Source of the DNA: Caldisericota bacterium
GTDB taxonomy: Bacteria; Caldisericota; JANLFM01
DNA length: 64,000 nt
Assembly: GCA_024655865.1 (NCBI GenBank)
Contig: JANLFM010000004.1
Coordinates: forward strand, 19,040 to 83,039
Direction of reading: 5' to 3'
The stretch's first letter is position 1. Each line of letters opens with the position of its first letter. The notes under the pieces were generated by a model. It had not been told where the DNA came from. It did no database searches and saw nothing but the letters and a program-made list of their open reading frames with translations. Positions 18,264 through 27,510 of the stretch are shown in pieces. A program made the translations under genes and the position numbers.

Positions 18264-20804
18264 TTATTTTACACCGATCCAGGAGCTGATTTCTTTTAAG
18301 TAAAGTTCCACGAGCCTCCTTGCCACTTCCTCCGTATCCGCTTCCGCATTTATATGAAGCAGGGGGCGGTCCTTATCGGGCAGGACCAGCACCCAGGAGT
18401 TATCGAAGTAGATCTTCACGCCGTCCAGGGCCACGATCTTGTTCCTGGCGTTCTCCTCTAAAAGTCTCCGAATTACGGTTCCCTTCATCTCCCAGGGGCA
18501 GGCCAGGTGTTCCCGCACCATGGCTCTGGGCTTAATCAACGAGGAGACCTCCCTCAGGATGGCCTTCTCCAGGGAAAGGAGCTCCAGAATTTTAGCCAGG
18601 GCAAACATTCCGTCCGTGAAGGGCTGGAACTCCGGGAAGATGTACCCGTTTTTCACCTCTCCCACAAAAACGGCCTCTTTCTTCTTAGCCTCTAACATCA
18701 TGGCGCTGCTTGAGGTCTTGGTGTAGATTACCCTTCCTTCAAATGACCTGGCGATCTCTTCCAGGGTAGAGGAAGCGGTAACCGGAACGGCGATTGTTTT
18801 CCCCGGTTGAGCCTTGAGCACAAGATAGGCGATGCAGGCCAGGCTCTCATCGCCGGAAAGTATCCTACCCCGATCGTCCACCAGAAAGAGCTTCTCTGCT
18901 CCGGCATCCAGCATGAAGCCGGCGTTGCATTTTAAGGAAACGACAATCTCGGCCAGGGTTTTTAGGGCTTCCTCGTACTCTTCCTCCGACTTGGTAATCT
19001 TCCTTTCGTCCAGATAGGCGTTGAGGGCCACTACCTCCACCCCCATCTTTCCAAAGAGCATGGGGAGGACAGTGGAAGCAGTGCCGAAACCATAATCCAC
19101 CACGACCTTAAACCGCGCATCCCTCAAAGCATCAAGGTTTAGGGCGTGAAGGAATGATTCCTGATAGTACTCCAGGATCCTCGAGGGGAAGGAAATTGTC
19201 CCCACTTCTTCGGGGCTCACCCTCAGGAACTCCTCCCGGAAGTAAGAGTTTTCAATAGCTTTTTCCCTCACCGGAGGCAGGTCCAGACCAGTCTCGTCGA
19301 AAAACTTGATATCTATTACCTGGGGGTTAAAGGGAGATTTGCGCACGTGAACCCCTCCCGCTGCCTCCAGGCTGACGATAGCCTGTCTGGCAACAGGAAT
19401 GGCCACCTGTCCCAAATCGTAGACGTTAATGCCCGTTGAAAGGAGGCCGGCCATCAGCGAGCGGTGAATCAAGCGAGATGCCCTGTGCCCATCGTAAGAG
19501 GATATGACCGCCTGACCCTTTTTCAAGAGGGTGCCGTAAGCTGCCCCCACTTTAGCCGCGAACTCCGGGGTGATTTCCTGGTTGGCCAGGCCGGTGATGC
19601 CGTAATTGCCAAAGAGGTTCCTCGTCCAGCGATCCCCCCAGATCAGGCTTCCGGTGAGGTAAGCACCTCCCTCCACGTGTTTGTAGGGCCAAACCCTCAC
19701 ACCACTCGATACGGTGGCTTTGTTTCCGATCAAGCAACCGTCGGCGATTACGCTTCCTTCCTGGATGGAAGCTATGGACCCGACCTTCACCCCGTATCCC
19801 AAAATCGCCTTCTTGATGCGCGCATCTTTGCCGATCTCGCAATTGCTCCAGATAACGGAATCAGTAATCTGTGCACCTTCCCAGATCACCGTTCGGGGTC
19901 CGATCACGGAATCATGGAGGTAAGCGCCCTCCCCCACCTGCGAGCCTTCCCCTAAAATCACCGTTCCCCTGAGCCTTGCCCGGGGATGGATTTTCACTCC
20001 TTCTCCCACCCAAACGTCCATTCCCACACGGTTTATCCTGGTTCCTTCCACCTTCAAATTCACTTCCCCGTGGAGGACGTCCATGTGCGCCAGGCGGTAG
20101 TCTTCGAGGTTGCCGATATCCCTCCAGTATCCTGGTGCAATCAATCCATGAAGGGAGAATCCCTCTTTGAGAAGAATGGGAAAGAGGTCTTTGGAAAAGT
20201 CAAAGGGATAATCAGGGGGGATTTTCTCTAAGACTTCTGGTTCCAGAACGTATATTCCAGTATTTACCGTGTCTGAGAAGACCTCTCCCCATGTGGGTTT
20301 TTCTAAGAAAGAGAGAACCCTGCCGTCCTCTCCGGTGATCACGATGCCGTAAGCCCGGGGGTCTTTGACCCTGGTCAGGAGAATGGTAGCGGAGGATTTC
20401 TTCTCTTTATGGAAACGGAGGGCGGCTTCAAGGTCGAAATCCGTGAGCACGTCCGCGGAAATTACAAGGAAAGTGTCCTCCAGGTAGGGCTGAGCTTTCT
20501 TTACGCTGCCTGCGGTGCCAAAATCCGCCTCAGGTTTAATGTAATCAATCCTCAGGCCCCATCTTTTCCCATCCTGGAAATAGTTCTGGATGGCTTCCGG
20601 TTGGAAGTAGAGGAGCACAATCAACTCCTTGAAACCGTGGTTTTTCAAAAGCTCCACCACGTGTTCCATGATGGGGCGATTAATTACCGGGACCATGGGT
20701 TTGGGGATGTTCATAGTTAAAGGACGGAGGCGCGTGCCGAAACCTCCCGCCATAATCACTGCTTTCATGTGCGCACCCCCTTTCTTTCGCTCATGCCATC
20801 TCAC
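18264..20804 (-). CDS. Bifunctional sugar-1-phosphate nucleotidyltransferase / phosphohexomutase (GDP-mannose pyrophosphorylase-PMM fusion type)
   Basis: N-terminus carries MAGGFGTRLRPLT plus LbH repeats. The C-terminal ~450 aa have the phosphoglucomutase/phosphomannomutase fold. Confidence 0.8.
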   Translation of the reverse strand: MRWHERKKGGAHMKAVIMAGGFGTRLRPLTMNIPKPMVPVINRPIMEHVVELLKNHGFKELIVLLYFQPEAIQNYFQDGKRWGLRIDYIKPEADFGTAGSVKKAQPYLEDTFLVISADVLTDFDLEAALRFHKEKKSSATILLTRVKDPRAYGIVITGEDGRVLSFLEKPTWGEVFSDTVNTGIYVLEPEVLEKIPPDYPFDFSKDLFPILLKEGFSLHGLIAPGYWRDIGNLEDYRLAHMDVLHGEVNLKVEGTRINRVGMDVWVGEGVKIHPRARLRGTVILGEGSQVGEGAYLHDSVIGPRTVIWEGAQITDSVIWSNCEIGKDARIKKAILGYGVKVGSIASIQEGSVIADGCLIGNKATVSSGVRVWPYKHVEGGAYLTGSLIWGDRWTRNLFGNYGITGLANQEITPEFAAKVGAAYGTLLKKGQAVISSYDGHRASRLIHRSLMAGLLSTGINVYDLGQVAIPVARQAIVSLEAAGGVHVRKSPFNPQVIDIKFFDETGLDLPPVREKAIENSYFREEFLRVSPEEVGTISFPSRILEYYQESFLHALNLDALRDARFKVVVDYGFGTASTVLPMLFGKMGVEVVALNAYLDERKITKSEEEYEEALKTLAEIVVSLKCNAGFMLDAGAEKLFLVDDRGRILSGDESLACIAYLVLKAQPGKTIAVPVTASSTLEEIARSFEGRVIYTKTSSSAMMLEAKKKEAVFVGEVKNGYIFPEFQPFTDGMFALAKILELLSLEKAILREVSSLIKPRAMVREHLACPWEMKGTVIRRLLEENARNKIVALDGVKIYFDNSWVLVLPDKDRPLLHINAEADTEEVARRLVELYLKEISSWIGVK

Positions 20805-20815
20805 TTATTTTACTC

Positions 20816-20922
20816 AAAAATGGGGACTGTCCCTATATTTTTTATGCGGGATGGGGAGCCGCTTTCCGGCCTCATTTTTCCAATTTTTGCGAATAAAAAA
20901 TGGGGACAGTCCCTATTTTTCA
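20816..20922. promoter_or_regulatory. Two copies of a ~26-bp palindrome AAAAATGGGGAC(T/A)GTCCCTAT(A)TTTTT in the promoter region of the NTase/PMM gene
   Basis: Read directly at 20816-20843 and 20896-20922. The same core recurs at 24830 and 25000. Confidence 0.35.
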
Positions 20923-21567
20923 AATCGGCTTCGCCGTAAAGAGGTCCTCCACCTCCCGCCGGTCGTCCCCGGTCTTCGCCTTCAGCTCCCGAGCCTCCTT
21001 CAGGTACTTGGGAGCCATCACCAAAAGCATCAGCAAACCAAAGAGGAGGGTAATCCACTGGGGATTGGCAAAATACAAAAAGGCGGAGGCGCCAGCAACC
21101 CCTCCCAAAATCCCCAGGGCCATACGGCGCACAAAAATGAGCAGGGAAAGGCAAACGGCTGCGAATACAAGAAGAGCAAACCAGTTCAACCCCAAAAGTC
21201 CGCCCACCCAGGCCGCCACCCCTTTTCCTCCCTTAAAGTGCAAAAAGGGAGACCAGTTGTGACCGGCGACGCAGGAAACAGTGCAAAGGTAAGGGGCCCA
21301 GGAAGAGTCCCCCAGATGAATTCCCATAAGGCAAGCGCCCAACCCCTTTCCACCGTCTAAAAGCGCTCCTAAAATACCGGCTCCTCTGTTGACGTTGAAC
21401 ATCAAATTCCAGGCACCGGGGTTTCTGTCCCCTGTCTGAAGCAAGTCCTTTCCCTTTAGCCGTCCCAGAATATAGGAAAAGGGAATTCCACCCAATATGT
21501 ACGAAATAAAAATCAGGCCCAAATCCTTGTAAGGCATTTTTCCCTCCTTTCTCAATACACCCTTCAA
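20920..21567 (-). CDS. plsY: Glycerol-3-phosphate acyltransferase PlsY-like membrane protein
   Basis: GDRNPGAWN resembles the PlsY SGNPGATN motif. The protein is ~200 aa with five TM segments. Confidence 0.6.
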   Translation of the reverse strand: MKGVLRKEGKMPYKDLGLIFISYILGGIPFSYILGRLKGKDLLQTGDRNPGAWNLMFNVNRGAGILGALLDGGKGLGACLMGIHLGDSSWAPYLCTVSCVAGHNWSPFLHFKGGKGVAAWVGGLLGLNWFALLVFAAVCLSLLIFVRRMALGILGGVAGASAFLYFANPQWITLLFGLLMLLVMAPKYLKEARELKAKTGDDRREVEDLFTAKPI

Positions 21568-21592
21568 TCAAGCTTTCTCGGTACACCTTCAA

Positions 21593-22813
21593 TCAAGAGT
21601 AGTGGAGAGGGACCCTGCTCTCCTCCTCTTCCTCAGAATCCAGCCAGGGTTCCTCGCTGGCTTTTGTCCTGTACTTCCTGCCCTTCCATATTACCCCTAT
21701 GCCGCTTAGGTGGAGAAAGACAGAAAAGAGGGCGATTAAGTTGATATGAATCACGGAGAGTGGATGAAGAAGGGCATCCCCACGTGATTGGAAGCGGAAG
21801 GATTGGTAAAATCTCAGTCCGATGATCACCGCCACCTGAACCGAGATCATTAAATTTGCCGGGGCAGGATAACCTGCTCCCAGAAGCATTCTGAGCAAAT
21901 AGAAGAATGGGGTGAGGAACAGGGCGTCGAAGATGGCCATCACCAGAATAAGGGGTAGGAGGCGAAATTGAAAGACAGCAAACAGGAATTTGGAGAAGCC
22001 CAGCCAGACCTCCTTCAAGCTCCGGTACATTCTGCAGAAAACCAGGGAATTCCCGTCCAGGAAAAGGGGGGCCAGGCCAAATTCCTTTATCCTCCGGGCG
22101 AGCATTATGTCCTCCACTACTTCCCCTTTTACCGAGGCATGGCCTCCGATTGCGCGGTAAGCCGTCCTCCTGAATATCATAAACTGCCCCACAGCCATGG
22201 AGATCAGAGGGTTAGGGCTGTTGCGGATTAAATTAAAGGGAAGAAAGCACATGGGGGCGAAGTGCATGAAGGGGACGATCATCCTCTCCCAGATGGTGCC
22301 GGTAACCTCTGTAGGAAAGAGGCTTAAAAAATCGCTTCCGGTCTCTTGAAGAGCGGCAAGGCCAGCCCTGACGGCACCAGGGGAGAGCCAGGTATCGGCA
22401 TCCATAAAAAGCAGAATTTCTCCTTCGGCCTCCTGGGCAAGCTGATGGCAGGCGTAGTTTTTCCCCACCCACCCTTTAGGGAGGGCCTTGCCCTCTATGA
22501 TTTTTAGCCGCTTTTCCGGATATTGCTTTTTCAGCTCTTCCAAAATCTCCCTGGTTTTGTCCGTGGATTGGTCGTCCAGAACGATGATTTCCAAATTTTC
22601 GTAGTCCTGAGAAAGGATGCTCTGGATTGAGCGGCGGATATTCCTTTCCTCGTTCCTTGCAGGAACAAGCACTGAGACCAGGGGTTTGCTTAAGAGAAGG
22701 CAATTTCCAAAATCGCGCAAGAACAAAAGGTCCTTCAGGTTCCTGCGGAAATTCCAGAGGACCCAGAGTAAACCAGTAGTAACCAGTCCCTGATAAAGAA
22801 TAAATAAAGCCAA
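21593..22813 (-). CDS. Membrane-embedded family-2 glycosyltransferase (possible glycolipid/processive synthase)
   Basis: Carries VLVPARNEE...LDDQSTDKT...MDADT GT-A motifs flanked by N- and C-terminal TM helices. It sits next to a plsY-like gene. Confidence 0.7.
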   Translation of the reverse strand: MALFILYQGLVTTGLLWVLWNFRRNLKDLLFLRDFGNCLLLSKPLVSVLVPARNEERNIRRSIQSILSQDYENLEIIVLDDQSTDKTREILEELKKQYPEKRLKIIEGKALPKGWVGKNYACHQLAQEAEGEILLFMDADTWLSPGAVRAGLAALQETGSDFLSLFPTEVTGTIWERMIVPFMHFAPMCFLPFNLIRNSPNPLISMAVGQFMIFRRTAYRAIGGHASVKGEVVEDIMLARRIKEFGLAPLFLDGNSLVFCRMYRSLKEVWLGFSKFLFAVFQFRLLPLILVMAIFDALFLTPFFYLLRMLLGAGYPAPANLMISVQVAVIIGLRFYQSFRFQSRGDALLHPLSVIHINLIALFSVFLHLSGIGVIWKGRKYRTKASEEPWLDSEEEEESRVPLHYS

Positions 22814-22923
22814 ACTAATCCCTTTTAATAGATCCCTTAAGCCATTCTAAGCTGAAGGAATCTACTTTGTCTATAAAATATTAGACGTTTTTGTTTATGA
22901 ATATTAGACATTTTGAGCCCCCT

Positions 22924-24783
22924 TTACTTCCTCCTGGTTAAAATTTGCACCCGATTCCTTTCCTCTTTAAGGGGAAGGATGAAAAAGATTGACGTTCCCT
23001 GGTAAAACTTCTCCAGGCCAGCTCCAGAACTGGAGATGGTGAAAATCGGTTGCGCGCGGAAAAGGACTTCCTGGGAGAACTCAAAATGAAGCCCCAGGCC
23101 AGGGAAGGGTACAAAAAGGGACCTTCCTCTTTCTTCGGCCAGTTTCCAGTCCTTAAGACAGGACAGGTTGAGCTCGATCATGTAATAGGGCTTTCTCTTT
23201 TCCACCTCCAGGTTCAGGAGAAGCTCGTTCTCCCTGATGGTGAACTCCTTTAAAGGAATCCCCTCTCCTTTAAAGCTCAAGGTAAAAGGAGAGGCGGCCT
23301 CCACCTGATAGAGGAAAAAATTAGGCAGACTGCGCTCCCACTCCTCAGGGGAATCGAGGAAATGGTCAAGGAAGTTCTCTTTAACGTAGCGGTCGAACAC
23401 CGGCTCATTTTGGGTCCCGGAGGAAGAGGAGCCACTTCCAGAGTTTGCGCCCTGTCCTTTCTCTATATGATAGGTCTCAAGGTAGCGGGTCATGACATTG
23501 GTCAGGTTAGTAAAGGAGGGTCGGTCATCCCACTCTAAGACCCTGCCCCCTTTCCTGTGAAAGAAGAGATTGAAGGTCTTCCCCAGATAGACCCATTCCT
23601 CCAGGCCATCCTTATCGAAATCCAGCCTCGAGAAGTTCTCGGGGACAGGAAGCTCCGTTTCTGCCTTGAGGAACTCCCGGTACACGGCATCCCTCAAGAA
23701 GGGGAAGTACAGACCGCCGAAAACTCCGTGCCAGTAAGCGCAGTTGCACTGTCCGCGTAGGTAGTGTCGGAATGGCTTTCCCCTCTCACCCCTGAGCCTG
23801 TCACGGAGAAAAAGCATGCGCTTGTGCATTTTGTTGGACTCGGTGTACTTGGAAAGGAAATTTTGAAAGTAACCGCTCGAGAGAAAGCGCCTGGATTTCT
23901 GATCCATTGACGCCTTTATTCTTTTGAGCTCTAACTGTGTCCTGGGAGGAAGGGACCATTCTTCCATCTCCTCGTAGGAGGAAGGGGGAATGTACACCCT
24001 ACCTTTTGGGGGAAGGGAGCTTAAAACTTCAGAGGGAAAGACCGTCTCCACTTCTTTTTCATTCGAAAGAAGGTCCAGGAAGCGCTTCAGCCAACCATCC
24101 CGGTAAAGGCGATCGCGGGTCCCAGGCCAGAGGCCGAACTTTTCCCCGTCGTCCCCATAAACCAATACTGCATCCTGATCAGGGAAATTTTTGATATACT
24201 GGATTACCTCCTCTGGACTGCTGGCAGGGATCAGGTATCTTAAGCGTTTGGAAATGGGGAAGAGCTTCAAAGTGAATCCCTCATCCTCGGTAATAAAATA
24301 CCCGCCCAGCTCTTCCTCCTTAAGCCCCAGCTTATAGAAACCGTTATCGTCGATCAAAGTATATTCCATTCCTGCGCGGGTCAATGGTTTGATCAAGCTT
24401 GTCTCCCAGACCCTTTCTGCAAGCCAGAGTCCGTGGGATTGATAATTGAAGGTTTGTTTCAGGAACTCATTCATGAGCTCAACCTGGGCCACGATGTCCT
24501 CTTCCGGGATCATGGGCAGGATGGGCTCGTAGAAGCCCCCGCTCAAAAGCTCTAACTGTCCCCTCCCCAAGAGCTCCCGGATTAGGTCCAGGTAATGGTG
24601 CTGGTTTTTCTCGAGCAGGTATTCGTAAATCGGGCCAGAAATGTGTAGGGCTACCTTGATGGTGGGAAATTCCTTCAGGGTCTGAAGGAAGGGAAGGTAA
24701 GCCTCCTTTAAGGCCTTCTCGAAGACCTCGGTGAAGTTTCCCACCGGTTGATGGTTGTGCACGCAAAAAACGAACTTTTTCAT
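22924..24783 (-). CDS. Glycoside hydrolase family 57 enzyme (likely alpha-glucan branching enzyme/alpha-amylase type)
   Basis: The N-terminal CVHNHQP motif and overall GH57 architecture are present. The gene is divergent from the glycogen synthase. Confidence 0.75.
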   Translation of the reverse strand: MKKFVFCVHNHQPVGNFTEVFEKALKEAYLPFLQTLKEFPTIKVALHISGPIYEYLLEKNQHHYLDLIRELLGRGQLELLSGGFYEPILPMIPEEDIVAQVELMNEFLKQTFNYQSHGLWLAERVWETSLIKPLTRAGMEYTLIDDNGFYKLGLKEEELGGYFITEDEGFTLKLFPISKRLRYLIPASSPEEVIQYIKNFPDQDAVLVYGDDGEKFGLWPGTRDRLYRDGWLKRFLDLLSNEKEVETVFPSEVLSSLPPKGRVYIPPSSYEEMEEWSLPPRTQLELKRIKASMDQKSRRFLSSGYFQNFLSKYTESNKMHKRMLFLRDRLRGERGKPFRHYLRGQCNCAYWHGVFGGLYFPFLRDAVYREFLKAETELPVPENFSRLDFDKDGLEEWVYLGKTFNLFFHRKGGRVLEWDDRPSFTNLTNVMTRYLETYHIEKGQGANSGSGSSSSGTQNEPVFDRYVKENFLDHFLDSPEEWERSLPNFFLYQVEAASPFTLSFKGEGIPLKEFTIRENELLLNLEVEKRKPYYMIELNLSCLKDWKLAEERGRSLFVPFPGLGLHFEFSQEVLFRAQPIFTISSSGAGLEKFYQGTSIFFILPLKEERNRVQILTRRK

Positions 24784-24829
24784 GGTGTCTCCTTTATGGT
24801 CTCAAACGCAGCGTGAGGACAGATGATCT

Positions 24830-25027
24830 AAATAGGGACTGTCCCCAATTATTTCGAGACTGAGAGAACTCAACAATTCCTGAGTTCCTGTCGCTCGCAT
24901 TAACAGATTAACGACTTTTATGAAAATGATACAATTTTCTTCTAAAAACTAAAAATAGCGTCTCCTAAACCAGATCAGAAAAGAGATAGCGGCCCCACAA
25001 AAAATGGGGACTGTCCCCAATTATTTG
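24830..25027. promoter_or_regulatory. Two further copies of the GGGACTGTCCCCAATTATTT palindrome in the divergent GH57 / glgA promoter region
   Basis: Read directly at 24830-24854 and 25000-25027. Confidence 0.35.
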
Positions 25028-25061
25028 ACAGGGGGTTCCTCTTTCTCTAATATCAAAAACT

Positions 25062-27500
25062 GTGAAAATAACATTCGTTACCGCAGAAGCTGCTCCATTT
25101 GCCAAGATCGGGGGCCTGGGTGATGTAGCCAGCTCCCTTCCCAAAGCGCTCGCCCAGAAAGGTCACGCTCTTTCCGTGATCATTCCCGGATATTCCCTGA
25201 TCCCCGGGATCAAGGAGATGGAGGAAATTGCTAACTTCTCCGTTCCCTGGCAGGGGGGTGAGGAGCGCGTTCTTCTGCGCAAAAAGAGCCTCTGGGACAT
25301 CGATTTTTACTTTTTGGAAAACCAGAGGTACTCGAGCCGGGAGAAGATTTATGGCTATCCGGACGACGCCCTGCGCTTCGCCTTTTTTTCCCGATCCACC
25401 CTGGAGTCCCTGAAGGTCATAGGATTCCCTGAGCTCCTCCACCTCCACGACTGGCACAGCTGTCCCATTTTCCTCTATCTGGGAACAGTTTACAAGGATA
25501 ACCCCGATTATTCCCGCCTGGCCACGGTTTTCACGATCCACAATTTGGCCTTTCAGGGTATCCAGGATCCGCACTTCCTGAATGAAGCGGGAATTCCGAT
25601 TTCCCCTCATGATGAGAGGGTGGAGTTTTACGGAAAGGTGAACCTCCTCAAAGCCGGGATCCTCTCCTCGGATATGGTGACTACGGTGAGCGAAACCTAC
25701 GCCCGGGAAATCCAGACCCCTGCTTTAGGCATGGGGCTGGAGGGAGTCCTCGCCCTGCGCAAAAAACAGCTCGTGGGCATTACAAACGGCATCGACACCG
25801 AGGAGTTTGACCCCGCGGAATTCGGATATAAATCGGGAGATCCTTCCTCCTTTAAGGTCAGAGCCAAGCAGGTTCTTCAGCAAAAGCTGGGCCTGGAGGT
25901 AAATGAGAAAATTCCACTTTTGGCCTTGGTTTCCCGCCTGACCGATCAGAAAGGCCTGGACCTTTTCCCTCCCATCCTGGACCAGCTCATGGCCAAAGAT
26001 GTGCAGCTTGTGATCCTGGGACAGGGCGAGGAGCGCTATCAAGCCTTTTTTAAGGAAGCGGCATCAAGGTACCCGGAGAGGATCTCCCTGAATTTGACCT
26101 TCGATCCGGAACTCGCCAAACTGATCTACGCTGGAGCGGACATCTTCCTCATGCCCTCTCGTTTCGAGCCCTGTGGCCTGGGGCAGATGATTGCCATGCG
26201 CTACGGAACGATTCCTGTGGTCAGGAAAACCGGAGGATTGGCGGACACCGTAATTCATTTCGACCGGGAGGGAGGAACTGGAAACGGTTTCCTCTTCAGC
26301 CAGTATGAACCCCGCTCTTTCTTAGAGGCTATAATAGAGTGCCTGGAAGTCTACCGTGACAGGAGCCTCTGGATACAGCTTGTGCGCAATGCCCTATCAA
26401 GCGATTTCTCCTGGGGAAAGACGGTTTTTAAGTACGAGGAGGTTTACCGCCGGGCCATTTACCTGCACGCCAAAAAAATAGGGACCGTGAATCCCCCGGA
26501 AATCCGCAAGGATCCGATTTTGGAGGAGTGGGCAATCATTGCCAAGGGGAGGACAAAAAGGCCCAGCGATTACAAGTCAAAAGAGGACGAGTATCAGAAG
26601 AACCAGCTGGAGAACTGCCCCTTCTGCCAGGGAAACGAAAAAATGACCCCGGATGAGCTTTATGCTTTTCGCCCCAACGGAGGGAAGCCCAACTCCCCCG
26701 GCTGGGAAGTGCGCGTTTTCGACAACAAATACCCGGCTTTGATGAAGGATGAGGACCCGGCACACGGGCACTCCTGGCTCTTCACGCACATCTCCGGCGT
26801 GGGAGCGCATGAGGTGATTGTGGAGACTCCGGACCATCATAGGGACCTTCCTGATCTTTCTGACGAACAATTGATTCATGTCCTCAGGGCATACCGGGAA
26901 AGGTATCGCGTTTTATCCCTGAACAAGGACCTGCGCTATATTTTGATTTTCCGCAACCACGGGCGTTCCGCAGGGGCATCCCTGTCCCACCCTCATTCCC
27001 AGTTAATTGCCACACCCATCGTTCCCAGGCGCATCAAGGAGGAACTGGATTCCGCCCACACTTTCTACGAGCATACCGGGGAATGCATTTTCTGCGCCTT
27101 AATCAGGGAGGAACTGGAACAAAAGCAACGGGTGATCTTAGAGAATCAGGATTTTCTGGCCTTCGCCCCCTACGCCTCGCGCTTCCCCTTTGAAATCACG
27201 GTCATCCCCAAAAGACACCAGGCGGCATTCTCCGATCTGGAAAACGGGGAGCTCCTTTCCCTGGCACAAATGCTCAAGGATGTCCTGGGCCGGTTGAAGA
27301 GAGGAGTTAATGACCCTCCTTACAATATGATGATTCACTCCGCACCCCTGGGCTTCCTTTACATCCCTTACTATCACTGGCATATCGAGATCATTCCCAG
27401 GCTGACAACGCCCGCTGGTTTCGAGTGGGGAACGGACTTTTATATCAACCCCACCCCCCCGGAGGAGGCGGCCCGATTCCTTAAAGAGGGAAAGATCTAA
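25062..27500 (+). CDS. glgA: Fusion protein: glycogen/starch synthase (GT5, ~aa 1-470) + GalT-like HIT-family hexose-1-phosphate nucleotidyltransferase/phosphorylase (~aa 500-812)
   Basis: The N-terminus carries KIGGLGDV and a GT-B fold. The C-terminus carries CPFCQGNE (zinc site), ...SHPHSQL (GalT His-Pro-His active site) and the HIT-like fold. Confidence 0.8.
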   Translation: MKITFVTAEAAPFAKIGGLGDVASSLPKALAQKGHALSVIIPGYSLIPGIKEMEEIANFSVPWQGGEERVLLRKKSLWDIDFYFLENQRYSSREKIYGYPDDALRFAFFSRSTLESLKVIGFPELLHLHDWHSCPIFLYLGTVYKDNPDYSRLATVFTIHNLAFQGIQDPHFLNEAGIPISPHDERVEFYGKVNLLKAGILSSDMVTTVSETYAREIQTPALGMGLEGVLALRKKQLVGITNGIDTEEFDPAEFGYKSGDPSSFKVRAKQVLQQKLGLEVNEKIPLLALVSRLTDQKGLDLFPPILDQLMAKDVQLVILGQGEERYQAFFKEAASRYPERISLNLTFDPELAKLIYAGADIFLMPSRFEPCGLGQMIAMRYGTIPVVRKTGGLADTVIHFDREGGTGNGFLFSQYEPRSFLEAIIECLEVYRDRSLWIQLVRNALSSDFSWGKTVFKYEEVYRRAIYLHAKKIGTVNPPEIRKDPILEEWAIIAKGRTKRPSDYKSKEDEYQKNQLENCPFCQGNEKMTPDELYAFRPNGGKPNSPGWEVRVFDNKYPALMKDEDPAHGHSWLFTHISGVGAHEVIVETPDHHRDLPDLSDEQLIHVLRAYRERYRVLSLNKDLRYILIFRNHGRSAGASLSHPHSQLIATPIVPRRIKEELDSAHTFYEHTGECIFCALIREELEQKQRVILENQDFLAFAPYASRFPFEITVIPKRHQAAFSDLENGELLSLAQMLKDVLGRLKRGVNDPPYNMMIHSAPLGFLYIPYYHWHIEIIPRLTTPAGFEWGTDFYINPTPPEEAARFLKEGKI

Positions 27501-27510
27501 CGGGGAAGAC

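Noticed and set aside
20629-21360. 243-aa plus-strand ORF overlapping plsY-like gene and the upstream intergenic palindromes
   Set aside because: It has low-complexity, Arg/Pro-rich translation and spans non-coding repeats. The minus-strand PlsY-like ORF is the better-supported gene.
22870-22912. Direct repeat AATATTAGAC(G/A)TTTT x2 between GT2 and GH57 genes
   Set aside because: It is too short and isolated to interpret, though it could be a minor promoter element.
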